A DNA stretch of 64,000 nucleotides from Paragordius varius. Taxonomy: Eukaryota > Animalia > Nematomorpha. Positions 25,701-40,100 of the stretch are shown in pieces. A program made the translations under genes and the position numbers. Positions within the stretch are counted from its first letter, which is position 1. Every line of letters begins with the position of its first letter. The DNA lies in contig OZ176054.1 in the NCBI GenBank assembly GCA_964247055.1, positions 12,648,001 through 12,712,000 of the forward strand, in the 5' to 3' direction. The notes under the pieces are model-generated. The model had not been told where the DNA came from. It did not search any database and saw only the letters and a list, made by a program, of their open reading frames with translations.

Positions 25701-28700
25701 AATTCTAATGGGCCGAAAATGGTTTGAGACCGTCCAACTTTTGTTTTACTGTTAAGGTTTAGTAGTTCTTAACAGTGAAGTGGTGTTTTCGATGTGGTTT
25801 CTAATGCTAAAAACGATATTGATTGCAATATTGCTAATGATAATGATTGGATTATAAAAAAGGTAGAAATAAGTATTTTATTTTTAAAATTAATATTAAA
25901 CATTTTTTTAAGAGAGAGGGAATTGAATACCAAAGTATTGACTGACTCTAATATTCCTTGTAAGGCTGATTGATGATTGATTGGATAAAATGGTTGAAAA
26001 TTTTTGGATTTATAAATGGGGTTTTAAGAGATGGTTTAAGTATAAATTCAAATGGGCCCAAACTCGTTTGAGACCGTCCAACTTTTGTTTTACTGTTAAG
26101 GTTTAGTAGTTCTTGCCAGTGAAGTGTTGGCGTTTTTGATGTGAATTTTAAATGCTTAAAGCAATATTGCTTGTAAAATTTGTGCCTATAATAATGATGC
26201 TATAAGATTATTAAAATGATAGTAGAAATTTTGGATTGATATACAGTAAATATTGTGTAATTATATGGACAAAACGTTAAAATGTTGAGACACATTTTTT
26301 TAAGACCCCTGTACTTCAAACAAAATTACTCATTGTAAATATTCGTATGAAATAGATATGTATATGTCTATATTTATATTACAATCAATTATGTATTTTA
26401 AAATTGTATCTAATAATTTTCCTAGGAAAAATTACGGAATAAAAAGTATGATTGCTTCCAGAAAAAATATGTGTCTTTTATTTTTACATTCTGTCTGTAT
26501 AAAATTAAATTTTTTTTGGGTATATGGGGGGTAAATAAGATGGGAATACGTATATATTGGTTTTAATACGAAATCATCTAAAAATGAAAAATTGATATAA
26601 TTTATTGGTTGTTCAATAGTGTATCACTGTATAAATTTTTATATAGCCTAAAAATTTAGGTTGCTTATCTATATATACTTATAATAAATTTTTTTGTTTA
26701 AACTGATATATACCATTTACACTTCATCACCCTTAAACAATTCAAATCACTCTTGAACATTCCACACCCTCGAACAATTTAAATTCACCCTAAAATAAAT
26801 TACCTGTTATTTAAGATTAAAAATTAGCTATATTTTTTTATATTTTTAAAAAATAATATTTTGTTTAAAATTAAAATAATACTGAAAAATAATAAACTAA
26901 GTGATAAACATAAATTTTATTAATGATGAGCTATATTAACCGCCCGAAAACACAATTTATTTTTAGGATGAATTTGAATTGTTCAAGGATAAAGAATTGA
27001 AATGGTATAAATAAATATATATTTTCTGCATAATGTTCCCATTGTGCATTTTGTTTTAATACTATTCACTTTTGGCATTATTTTGTAAAAAAATTAATTT
27101 AAAACACAGGGACGTCTAAAACCAGGGAAAATGATTTTAGTTGATACGATTGCACAACGTATGATACCTGATGAGGAAATTAAACTTAAATTGGCCACCA
27201 TGATACCTTATACTTCTTTATTGCATCAAAGAGTAAAATATATTGATAATTTTTTTCTGTTAAATAAAGCTTAGTATTTTTGATTAATTTGGAAATTAAT
27301 TAAAAACATTTGCTATTAACACGTTTTTTATATCTAATTGAGGAAAATATAGATATTTTATTAATTCATTTATATCCCTTTTTTCTTTATATCAAAAATA
27401 AAATTTTTTTTAATTTCATAAAAAAAATGAATGATGTAAAAAACATATAATTTTGGATCTTTCAGAAATGACTTACATATTCTTTTAAACTATTTTGTCT
27501 GTATGGAGGTAAACGTAAATTACAACGGTATATCATAAACTAGGACAAAATTTAGCATATCGAAAAAATTCTTTATGATTCCAAGTTAATTAGTTCTTTA
27601 TAAAGTATAGTAGAGTTAGCTATATTTAATTTTTACAATCTTTAATTTTTCGTTTTAAATTTTACAAACATTAAAAATTTTCAAGATTTTACCATGATAT
27701 ATTATAAATTTATTTATTGTATAGACACTGAAATTGAAAACACTGTATAAAATTTATCATGCACGTCAAAGTACCGAATTAACTAACTCGATTCAAAAAA
27801 TTGGACCTGGTGGGGATAATACTGAACTTGAAACAAATAAGCTTGAACTCCAAAATATGGTAATAATTTTTCCATATTCAATTCCCAAGTTTATTCATAA
27901 AAGCACAATTTTGAATTAAAAAAGTCTAAATACTTTATATTTAACTTTTTTTGGACAATATAATTATTCTTGAAAATTATACGGAGTTGAGCGTTTTTAT
28001 ATCATTATAAAACAATCTTAATCGTTTTTAATTACATATAAACGAATATATCCTTAAAATGTGGAAATTCCTAATTTTTTTAAATTTATTTTTACTAAGC
28101 AAAACTAATTTTTTTTAACATATATATTTTACATCCTTTCCTTTATCTTTTTTGCAAATTTATTCCTTTAATATGTTCAAAATGATAGTCTCCAACGAGA
28201 AAACATATAAATGATTTGAGTGGAAATACGCCCATACCCCATAATACCATACTTAGGGATCGTAGACTTCCTATATTTGGATTTACGGCTGAAACGGTTA
28301 ATTTGCTCGTTCTGCCTATGATTAAACAACGGTTATTTTACAAAAAAAAATTTAGTTTTAATATCATATTTTTTGAAAAATCAAATTTTTTTGCTTTTTA
28401 AAAACTTTATTTATTGAATCGAGATGACTTTTATTATTATTTTAGATCACTATTTTTCAATCATTTTTTTCAACCAATTGTACTCATTTAAATGAGTATT
28501 ATTTTTAACCCCAAAAATGTTTAATGTTAAGAAAAATGTTGCTTTTTATATAAAAATTTTTTTTTAATGAAATTACCATTATTAATTTATTCTCACACCC
28601 CAAAATTTACACAAACACTAAAAAGCATATAAATTCAAAAGTAATTTATGTTTTTCAAAATGTTTATTCACTCACTTTAAAATATTTTACATTTAACCAA

Positions 28701-31700
28701 TAATTCAAATTCAAATTCAAATAAAACTTATTTTTTACTGCTGCGTATTATAGGAAAGAAGCCCTAGGCTCCATGGGTAATGATAGCCCGCTGGCATGCC
28801 TATCGGAATATAATCCGGCCATCTTCGATTACTTTAAACAACAATTTGCTCAGGTTACGAATCCGGCCATAGACCCGTTCAGGGAAAAGAATGTCATGAG
28901 TTTAGCGGTTTGGATTGGTCCAGCTATAGATCCGTTAAATTCCGATCATTACTTGGAAACTACTGCGTTAACTACATCAACTACGCAACAATGTTTGCCT
29001 AAAGGTTTTATTTTTTATTGTTTTAAGGTGTTTAAAATAGAGATGACATATAAACTATTAACTCAAATTTAGTACAACATTTATTAACTGATTGCTTAGT
29101 GGTGGTACAGGTGTATTTATATATTTTAGCACATTTGTATCAAATACAATGTGTCATATAAAATATCCATATATATATAATAGTCATTAGATTACTTAAT
29201 AAATACAATGTTGGCAACTATAAATAGAATACCATTTGTGCAATTTCATATAAATTATATAATAAATAATAATATAACTTAAGGTTATAACCAATTAACA
29301 AAAATGATTTGAGTTTTTTCTTTTTTTGTATAAAAATGATTTTTGATTTTATAAAAGTAAAATTTTGTTCTTTGGGCTTGGAAAAGAATGATTTACCTTT
29401 CCCTGTTGGCTTTTTTGAAATTTATTTTGTTTTGTCTTATAATTTTGGATACGTTGGTAATTTGAGGTTAATTTGTAAGATGATAAACTATTGTATTTTA
29501 CGATATATTTTAAGCAGGGGACAAATTTTTAGTTGTTTAGTATAATTTTTTTAGATTCCAGTATGCATTTTAATGGTTGCTTACTTCACACTATAGTAGG
29601 GCAATTTGCAACACAGTAGTGTATAGAAAAAAGAAAGTAAGTAATTGTTTATATAACATATTGTTGTTTTTAACATACACTACTGTATTGCAAATTTCCC
29701 TACTATAGTGTGAATTAAACAACCATTAAAAAGCATACTTGTAAATTTTACATCGAACCTATCTATAAATTTAATTTATATATTTTAGATACTTTTCAAC
29801 CCAGAGAAACCGCGCCTCGTATATATTTGGAACAACCAGTTTTAAGTTTGAAAGATCTTGAAGTGTTAAAAACTGCGGATTATCGTAGTCTTAAGGTATA
29901 TCTTTTATTGATATTTTATTTTAGTTTCTAAGCTTTTGAAACATTTCTAATTTAATGTTTACAAATAAGGCAAGTTTATTTCCGCTTTTTTATATAATGA
30001 TCATTTGGATATAAATACTATACAAATATCGAAAGTAGATTGTTGAAACCCAAATTTAAAATAATTTATTTTGAAAACTCTAGATGAATATAAAAAGAGT
30101 AATAAAAAATATATTTCGTAAGCCATTGTTTTACTGAACTAATTCTTCTCATTTTACTTAAATCATCAATTATTTCAATATTTTATATACCATTATTTTA
30201 ACACCCGCATATACTAGGCCGAAACAGTTGATTTAATTTATGCTTCTTAAAATGGGTTCCAAAAACCGGTTTTACTTTAAAATATTTTATGATCTTAAAA
30301 AAAATTAAATTGTTTACGGAAATAAAGTGTCCTTTTATTTTTATACAAATAGTATTTTTTTTATCACCCCATTTACCGCAGGCCAAAACAATTTATCTGA
30401 GCTTTCCAGCTTCAGACGGTACGGCGGGCCTTGAGCGAGCCATAGACCGCGTTAGTCTTGAATCCGCTATAGCGGTTGAAAGCGGTTATAACCTGCTTGT
30501 ACTATCCGACCGGTTACCAGAATTCGGTCCTGATCTAGTTCCTATCCCGTCTTTGCTTGCTCTGGGCGCCATTCATCATTACTTGTTGGATAAACGGTTA
30601 AGACTTAAAACTGGCCTCATAGTTGAAACGGGTGCCATTAGGTATACGTTTTTTTTGGTTAATTTTGGAAAAACATTTTATAAATACCATTTGCACTTCA
30701 AGTTAGTCCTTGAACATTTCAAGTTTGTCCTTGAACAGTTCAAGTTTGTCCTTGAACATTTCAAGTTTGTCCTTGAACAGTTCTACTTGGTCCTTGAACA
30801 ATTCAAGAGTGTCCTTACACACTTCAAGTTGATCCTTGTTTAATTTGTATAAATAAAATTTGGCAAAATTTGGTTTTTTATTTAAATAAAATATGCTATT
30901 TAATGGTTGCGGTTATTTCACACTATAGTAGGGCATTTTACAACACATTAATGAATGGAAAAACAATAAAATGTTAAATAAACAATTATTTCCTTTCTTT
31001 TTTCCATACACTAATGTACTGTGTTGCAAATTGCCCTACTATAGTGAGTGTGAATTAAGCAAACGTTAAAATGCATACTGAATATCATTTTTATCTAAAA
31101 CTTTTAAGTAATATATTTTAATTGATTTGGTAATTATCCATAATTGGTTTTTGACATTGGGTTTAACATTAAAGTAGTACTATTGCGTTTGGAACACTGT
31201 TAACTTTGTCTGTAATATTTAAGTAAATTTCATCCTTTTCAATATTTATAAAATAAAAAGGTATGTAATATCATTCTAAATACATTTAGAATTAATATTT
31301 ACTATACCTAATTTCTCATGTCTTACCGCGTTTTGTAAATTTTTCCGTTTAAAGTTGCCAGCTTAAATTTTATTAACTTTTGTAATGCATATTTCATAAT
31401 GAAAAAAAATTTTTGGTTTTTATAAATCAATAATATATCGATCGATGTTTAAAATATACTTTTAGACAAGTTGCCCATATATGTCTCTTGATTGGTTATG
31501 GAGCTGATGCCGTTTGCCCTTACCTTATATATGAACTCGTGTCCGGACTTAGAGATGAAAATTTATTATGGCTTCCTCATGAAAGGAATGTTGGTTCAAA
31601 TGGTATTTTTTTTACTTTTTTATTTTTTCTAAAATAAATTTTATTGGCAGATAATTTTAATATTAGGCTTGTATCATTAGTTTTTAGGGGAAGAATATAT

Positions 31701-32165
31701 AGAAAAAATTTAATATAACAGGAAATTGATTGTGAATTCTAAATACTTTTTATCTGTGGGGAAAGAGCGAATTTTTCATGGGTAACTTTGAATTTTGTTA
31801 AAAGGTGTAGTTTTTTTTAAAAAATATTTTGTTTAAAAAATATTTTTTACCCTTATTTAGTTTTAGAGGTTATTTTTTATATTTTTAGTAAGATGTATAT
31901 GGGTTAATTAATATATGTACCATTTACAGTTCAAATTCACGCTTGAACAATTCACCTTTGACAATTCAAATTCACCCTAAAAATAAATTATGTGTTACTA
32001 ATATAACTCATTTTTAATATGAAATATATCTTTATGGGATAGTTTATTATTTTAATATAAAGGTAATTTTTTAGTCTTAAAAAACATATAATTTATTTGA
32101 AGGTGAATTTGAATTGTTTAAGGGTGAATTGGATTTGTTTAAGGGTGAATTTGAATTATAAATGG

Positions 32166-32197
<32 letters not shown>

Positions 32198-35100
32198 AAC
32201 TATTTTAAAATAATTATCCATTATTTTTTTATTTCTCTCTCTAGAATCTAATACGAATCAATGTACTGAACCATATAACCGAGAAAATTTTAATGAAACC
32301 TTTACGGATGAAATGATTTATGAAAACTTTCGTGATGCGGCTGAGAAGGGGATTAGTAAAGTTATGGCTAAAATGGGAATTAGCACATTACATAGTTATA
32401 AGGTTTTTAATTTTTTATTAAACTATTGTTTTCAAATATAGCTATTTGAGGATAATATCTGTTAAATTGAAAAAAATATGGATTAATTATATAAAAGTTA
32501 ACCATATTTTTAAGCTTATTTCTCAATGTAATAGCATTAGAAATGATAGGATAAAGGATAGTGTAATATATTTCTTAGAAAGGATTTAAAATTTGCAAGA
32601 GTTTATATATAACTATTACAAGCATAAACTTTGTTTTAAGAGTTTTTTGCACCTTTAAAATAAAGATTAAGGATTATAACGCAATTTTTTACCAAATTGT
32701 AGGAGCCCAAATTTTTGAGGTAGTAGGCCTATACTTTATTAACAATCTTTGAATAAAAAATATACTTGGTTTCTATTTTTATAGGGGGGGTTCACATTTT
32801 TCTAGCAGAATATCATATTCATAGGGAGCCCACATTTTTACGGCAGTCGGTCTGGTACCGGAAAAACTTTACAATCATATTTTAATTATTTTTTTCACTA
32901 ATACCAAATTTATCATTTTACTGTATATTTTTTCTTTACAGGGAGCTCAAATTTTTGAAGCAGTTGGCCTCAAAAAAAATTCTTTATAAATTAAATAAAT
33001 TATATATACCTTATTCTGGGTGGAAATCGGGGGGGGGGGCGGTTATAACGCATTTTTCTATAAAAATATTCAACAGTCGGTAACTTTACTATCATATTTT
33101 GATTATTTTTAACTAATACCAAATTTATCCCTTATTACGCGTGTTTTTTTCTTCCTTGTAGGGTGCTCAAATTTTTGAGGCAGTAGGCTTAGGACGTGCC
33201 ATTATTCAAAAATGTTTCCGTGCAACGCCGTCTCGTTTGGGTGGAGTTACGTTTGAAATGATTGCTGGTGAATTGTTAGCCCAGCAATTTAAGGCTTTTA
33301 GCCCGCGGGACAGTGATAATTTGCTATTGCTTGATCCTGGCTTTTATCATTGGCGGGAAGGGGGTGAAAGGTTATAATTTTGGTTTTTTATTTTTTTTCC
33401 AATAATTTTAATTTTTTAGAAATAGATAAGGCTATTGGTGTGAATGTTATAATAAAATGTTTTATAGTGCAAAAACTAATGAAATTTGTTCAAATATTTT
33501 TAATTAGTTTTTTATTTCTACAATCGAGGTCGACTTTTTACTTGTAAATAAAACTTCTCCATAAGTTACGATTTTTTTGAGTTCTGCCAAGGTTGATTGC
33601 TTTCTTATATAGAATATTGTATGCCCATCTACCTTATCCTTCTTCGGCCCCATTTACATGTATCAGTAACTTTACTTCATATCAAAAAATTTTCTAGTAA
33701 GTTTGATCTCATAATGTGGCCAAAGTAGGATAGTTAGCAATGACATATCGGGATCGATTTTATAAAAAAAGGGTTGTTTGTTATTTTATCCGTTCATTTT
33801 ATTGCAAAAATTTTCTCCACATCCAGAGTTCAAAGGACTTTAGTATCCATAGGTAGGATTTTTTTTACAGTCCAACCTTCACACCCGTACAGGAAAATTG
33901 GAAAAATGATTGTATTTGTAGGTCGAATGTTTGTTTTTAAACTATTCTACATTTAACCTCGGGAGTACAATTATTATTATCAATCATCACGTATTGAACA
34001 AACTCCCGAGATATATGTAACTACTTTTGACTGTTTTTCAATAGAATTCTCCTCGTTAACAACATTATTGAAGCGTTTGAAACTTTTGGGTTAATTTGAG
34101 ATTTATCCTTGTTTTTGTTAGATTAATCTGTAATAGCAAAATCTTTTACTCGGAAATGAGTATTGAGGTAAATCTAGTCTAATACCTACCTATTCTAAAA
34201 AAGGAAATGCCGAAATATGTAACAATTATAGAACAATATCTCATCAAATGTAAATCTTTTTCAAAAACGCCTTCAATCTATTTAGTAGAACCAGAAACAC
34301 TCTAGTTTCCAAAAAAGGGCGAGGATGTAGAGATATGTTTGCCAATATGAACTGGATAATGGAGAAAAACACATTACAATTTTAATAGGAATTCTATATG
34401 TGGCTTTGTGAATTTTTCCAAGGCTTTTAATTCCATCCTATTTTCATTCTTAAAACAGGAGTTTCAACTCATTTTATCAACATAATATTATTAATTTATT
34501 CAAGTTCGGGAGTAACTGATCCCTGTATAGTTACTGTGGGGTTACGTCAGGGCTACGTTTTATTACATATTCTGTTTAATGCATAATGAGAAACGCATAC
34601 CCGATTCATTCGGAGTTCAGGTCGGAGACTCTGATCTAACTTTTATTCCTTTTGCAGACGACACGGTTATCTTTGCAGACAATCTAAACCTTATTGACTC
34701 TTATACTACCACATTTTGTAGATGGATGGTATTGAAATATAAATATGGGCTATAAATACTACAATATTTTGTAGATAGGTGGTATCTAAAATATGGGCTA
34801 CTCATTAAATTTAATATTTCCGGAAAATTCCACAATTTATAAAATAAAACAAATAATGTATAGTCAAAACAAAACATTAATTATATTTTAAGGGCTGAAA
34901 TGTATATATAAAAAATAAATTCTCGTGTGATTAGGATTTTGTTAGTTTAATATAATTTAATTTTTTATCATTTTTTATTATTATGTAGACATTTGAATTC
35001 TCCCGAAGCCATAGCCAACTTACAAAAAGCATCAAAACTTAATGATCTTGAGGCTTATGAAAAGTTTCGTGAAGCCAATAATAAGGCTAACGCATACGTT

Positions 35101-37136
35101 ACTCTACGTGGTCAAATGTTGTTTGATTATGAAACATTGTATAATATATATAATTTACGATTAATGCAATTTTTTCATTGCTAAATGTTTTTTTTTAGTT
35201 TTATTCTCGTAAGTAGTTTGAATGTAATTTTTGTTGAAATATACAGTAAAAACTGAAATTATACTATGGACAAAACGTAAAAATAAAGACAAAATTTTTT
35301 TTAAAAGACAACCATATACCTTTTAAATAACCTTGGCATATATATATATATATATATATACTATTAAAAGCATCTAATAACAATCGTTAAATATGTAAAT
35401 GATTGTGTTACCAATATACATCTCTATCTTATACTTTGGGGTTAAAAATGAGTTATATTGAAAAAAATCAAAATATAAAAAGTATTGTATTTTAAAAAAA
35501 AATATTTATCTTTATATTTTCACGTTTTGTCAGTATGAAAACTTTGAATTTGTACGTAAAATTAAATTTCAAAAAACCACCAACTTATAAAAATTTTTTT
35601 ATAAAAAATATTAAGTCAATGTTAAATTTACCACAATTTATATATTTTTTAAAGATGAATCGCACAAAAATGGTTTCATTTTAATCTTATTTTAAAAACA
35701 GTAAATTATCCATTTTTGCCAATATATTATGTTGAAAAAATCAAAAAAAGAACATTTTTTATATAAAGAGTTAAGTATTATTATATTGAATTGTACTTTT
35801 AATGTTTGAAATTCGTTATTAACTTATTTTATGTTACAACAAGTTTAAAGACTCTAATCAATTAACCAATTTTTATGCATCTAAACCTGCGCGTTTCTAC
35901 GAATTTAAATTTTTTCCAAATAGTTATGAAGAATTACCATTAAACAATGATCCTTTGGCTCAAACACAAGTCGGAGTTGGTATTGTCCCTTTGAAAGGCA
36001 CCCTGTCTTCAAGTAAAATATGATTTTTATATTTATTTTAATAGCTTTTTTATCTAAAATTATTAGTTAATAAGTTTCATTTCATTTGATAATCAAATAT
36101 ATGAAGTTTAACATTTTGATTTACCTCATTAAATCAAATATGTTTTATATTTATTTATATTTAAGGATAATTTTTTAATAATTTATATTTAAGGACAATT
36201 ATTTTATGTAAAAACGTTTCCCATTTAAAAACAACTGAATTTATAATGTTGGGATTGATATATTTAAAAAATGTACTTTATCTCTTTAAATGGAAACCAT
36301 ACAGTGAAAATTGAAACTCTACCGACATAACGTAAAAATATTAAAGAACCCCAATTTTTATCTATAAAAAACATTTAATTACAATAGATCTCAAAATATA
36401 TGATTTGTTAATTTACATCTATATATTATACTTTGCAGTTTAAAACAATTAGTTACAAAAATCCAAATTTTAAATGTTTGGCTGTCTTTACGAAAAAATA
36501 TTTGTCTTTATATTTTTTTTGTCCGTATAATTTTAATTTTTGCTGTAAATTCTACAATGTTACCCATTTGTTTCATATCATATGTGTTTTCATAGCTCAA
36601 CCCAATATAATTTCAAATGGGGTAATTAAATCGGTTAATATGAACGGATATCCTGATGATAATTTGATTGATACAAGCGCTATTCCTGGTTCTATCCATC
36701 TCGATATGGTCGAAGACGCTAAAAATATTGTTAAACGGTAAAATTATAATAAATTTTTAAAATTTGATTAAAGACTTCTTGTATTAATTTTGTTTCACTT
36801 TTTTTAATAAACCGTGATTATAAATGGTTTATGTTTAATTAATTTTTAATAAAAATTCAAAATTAAAAAATATTGCCCTATATTTTTCATTTTCTTATTA
36901 CAGTGGACGCCCCCGTGCTCCAAAATGAACAAAATTATAAAAAAAATACATGTCTTAATATCTGCATCATGACTTTTTTCTTAACGATAAATTTAAATTA
37001 AACATTAATATTTTTATTAATTCTTAGTGTTTGATATTATTCTATGGATATATTTATATAAAGTATATTTAATTAAATTTTATATTTTTTATGGTTCATT
37101 GCAATTTAATTGTGAAACCATTATGTATATTGCAAT

Positions 37137-37183
<47 letters not shown>

Positions 37184-40100
37184 ACTTAAAACAATTATAC
37201 AAATACAAAAATCACGTTTAAAATAGTTAATGATCATCAGCATAAGCTTTTTTATCCTAAGAACCGATTCTTTATAATTGCCAATAATAATCCATCGACT
37301 TTATAAGCCGAATAAATAATTTACATTGTGCATTTTAATGGTTGCTTATTTCACACTATATAGTTGGTCAATTTGCAACACAACAGTAGTCAAAGGAAAA
37401 AAGAAAAGAAATAATTGTTTATGCATAAGTTTGTTGTTTTTTCCATACACTACTGTTGTGTTGCAAATTGACCAACTATACTATGGTGTAAAATAAGCAA
37501 CCATTAAAATGCATGCATACTGTAATACGATTCGTTTTATTTTGATGAAAAATGGTTAGGTTAGGATTTAGATCTAATTATTTAATAACTATATATATTA
37601 TCGCCTACTAAATACCTAAAGTGTTTTGCTGTTTTATAACATTTTACCAAAATTTAATCATAAATATCATTATTTTTTATTTTTATTTTTTTCATTTGCA
37701 CAGATTTTGTACTGGGGCCATGTCATTCGGTTCTATATCATTGGAAGCACATAGGACTCTTGCCTTGGCTATGAATGAAATTGGGGGGAAAAGTAATACG
37801 GGCGAAGGCGGAGAGGATCCCACAAGGTATGCACCCCAAGCCCCTGATAGATCCGCCATTAAACAGGTAATATTTATTAAATTATTATGAACGAAAAAAA
37901 GAGAATTACGTTTGCGCGTATAAGAATTTTATAAGGGTGAAAAGTAAGGATTAAGCTAAGTATTACGCGTATATGATCGAAAATTATGGTAAATTTGTAT
38001 TTTAGAGACTTTTAAACAGGATTTTCAATTTAGATAATGTATATGATTGAAATTAGATTTTTATATTTTTTATCAAAAGTAAAATGGCTATTTTGTGTGT
38101 TTATTTTCGTAGATATTTTTTTTAAAAATGGTTGTAAAAATTATAATATGGAAGCATAACGTTATAAATGTTATAATTATCTGACAAGTCGATATTTTTA
38201 TAATAATATTAACTAAAGAAATTTTCCCAAATCAATTTCATTTTGACCCGATGAAGGATTTTTAATAATATTTTACATACATTTTAATAATTAATGTATA
38301 ATTTTCATTTACTATTTTTCCTTAAATTTAAGTTTTATTTTTAAAATAATTTGACTTATGTGTGAACAGATTGCTTCAGGACGTTTTGGTGTAACGAGCG
38401 ATTACTTAACGAATGCCGATGTCCTTCAAATTAAAATAGCTCAGGGCGCTAAACCTGGGGAAGGAGGGGAATTACCTGGCTATAAAGTATAATATTTTAT
38501 AATATAAAATTTGAGGTCTATCAATTAAAATTTTTTAAAACCATTTTTAAATTTTTTTATAAAAACGAAAAATTTTTTTTTGAATTTTATTTTAGAACAA
38601 TATTTTATTCGGGAAAAATATATAGCATTTTAAAATCATTTGTTATTGTTATGATGAAACCTCTTTTTTAAAAAAATATAATGCATTAACTTTAATTCTA
38701 TATTAATGCTACCTTTAATATAGATTTATTATGTACTTTTTTTAGATAATTTAAAAAATTGTTTATACCTCATAAACCAAATAAATTTTTCTCAATAAAA
38801 AAAGTTATTTAATTATATTTATTATCAGCAGCATAGATCACTAATAATTGCATCATATCGGCAAATATTGACCAATTATTTAGTTTAATTTTATCATATT
38901 ATATATATATATATATAACATGACTTATTTTTTTAACATATTAAGTACGATAATAAAAAATATGTATATACCCATATATTAATAAAAATATTTTATATTA
39001 ATCACAAACAAATATATAGGTAACTCATGAGATTGCTAAAACACGTCATTCCATACCTGGTGTTGGTTTAATATCTCCCCCACCGCATCATGATATATAC
39101 AGTAATAAATTTTTCTTTAAAAAATTCAAAAAACATAAAAATCATTTATTTTTAATCAAAAATTGTTTAAATACAACAAAAGAAAATTATATATTTTATA
39201 TTAATTTTTTTCTTTTAAATAAGGAATCGAGTAAATTAATATACTTTTTTAAAAATTTTACTATTTCTAATCATTCACATATAGGTTATAAGAGAGCAAG
39301 GATTGAAATATGGGTTTTTTATCCTAAAAAAATATTAATCTTTTACATTATATTATAATTTTATATTAACAAAGAAGGGAATATAATGAACAGAAAGAAA
39401 GACCTTAACAATATTAATAATATTACAAATTTTTTTCTTATTAACAATACACACATGTTTTTTTAGTTTCATTAAAATTTTTACTTTATAATTTAAATTT
39501 TAGTTTATATTTTAATTTTATTTTTACGTTTGACAAAGATTACTTGTAGTAATCGAAATATTATATTATAATAAATTATATAATTTTTGCTGAATGATTC
39601 CATATATAATAATTTTTTATATGTTGAATTATTTTTTATAAAAAATATTTGATTATTTAAATTTTTCAAAAAAAAAATAATAAAACAGGTGTTGAAGATT
39701 TGGCTGAATTAATCTATGATTTGAAATCGGCAAATCCTTCAGCTAAAATTAGCGTGAAATTAGTTTCTCAAGTTGGGGTTGGTGTCGTGGCCGCGGGTGT
39801 CGCAAAGGTATGACAATCTTTTTTTTATATTTTATTTTATAAAAAATGGTTTATATGGTAGATTACAATGCTTTTTTGGATTATTTGACAGTTTAATGTC
39901 CCTTGAACAATTGAAATTTACCCTTGAACAATTCATATTTACCCTTGAACAATTGAAATTTACCCTAAAATTTAATTATTTGTTTTCGAATTAATATTAC
40001 TCATTATTAATATGAAATCTATCTATCATTATGGCATAGATTATAATTTTTCAGTATTATTTTAATTTAAAACAAAATTTTTATTTTTTAAAAATATATA

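Noticed and set aside
30642-30843. LEHFKFV heptad repeats at the end of ORF 30289-30843 (similar in ORFs 18130 and 39773)
   Set aside because: Read-through from an exon into a 21-bp intronic array; the true exon ends at the donor at 30642.
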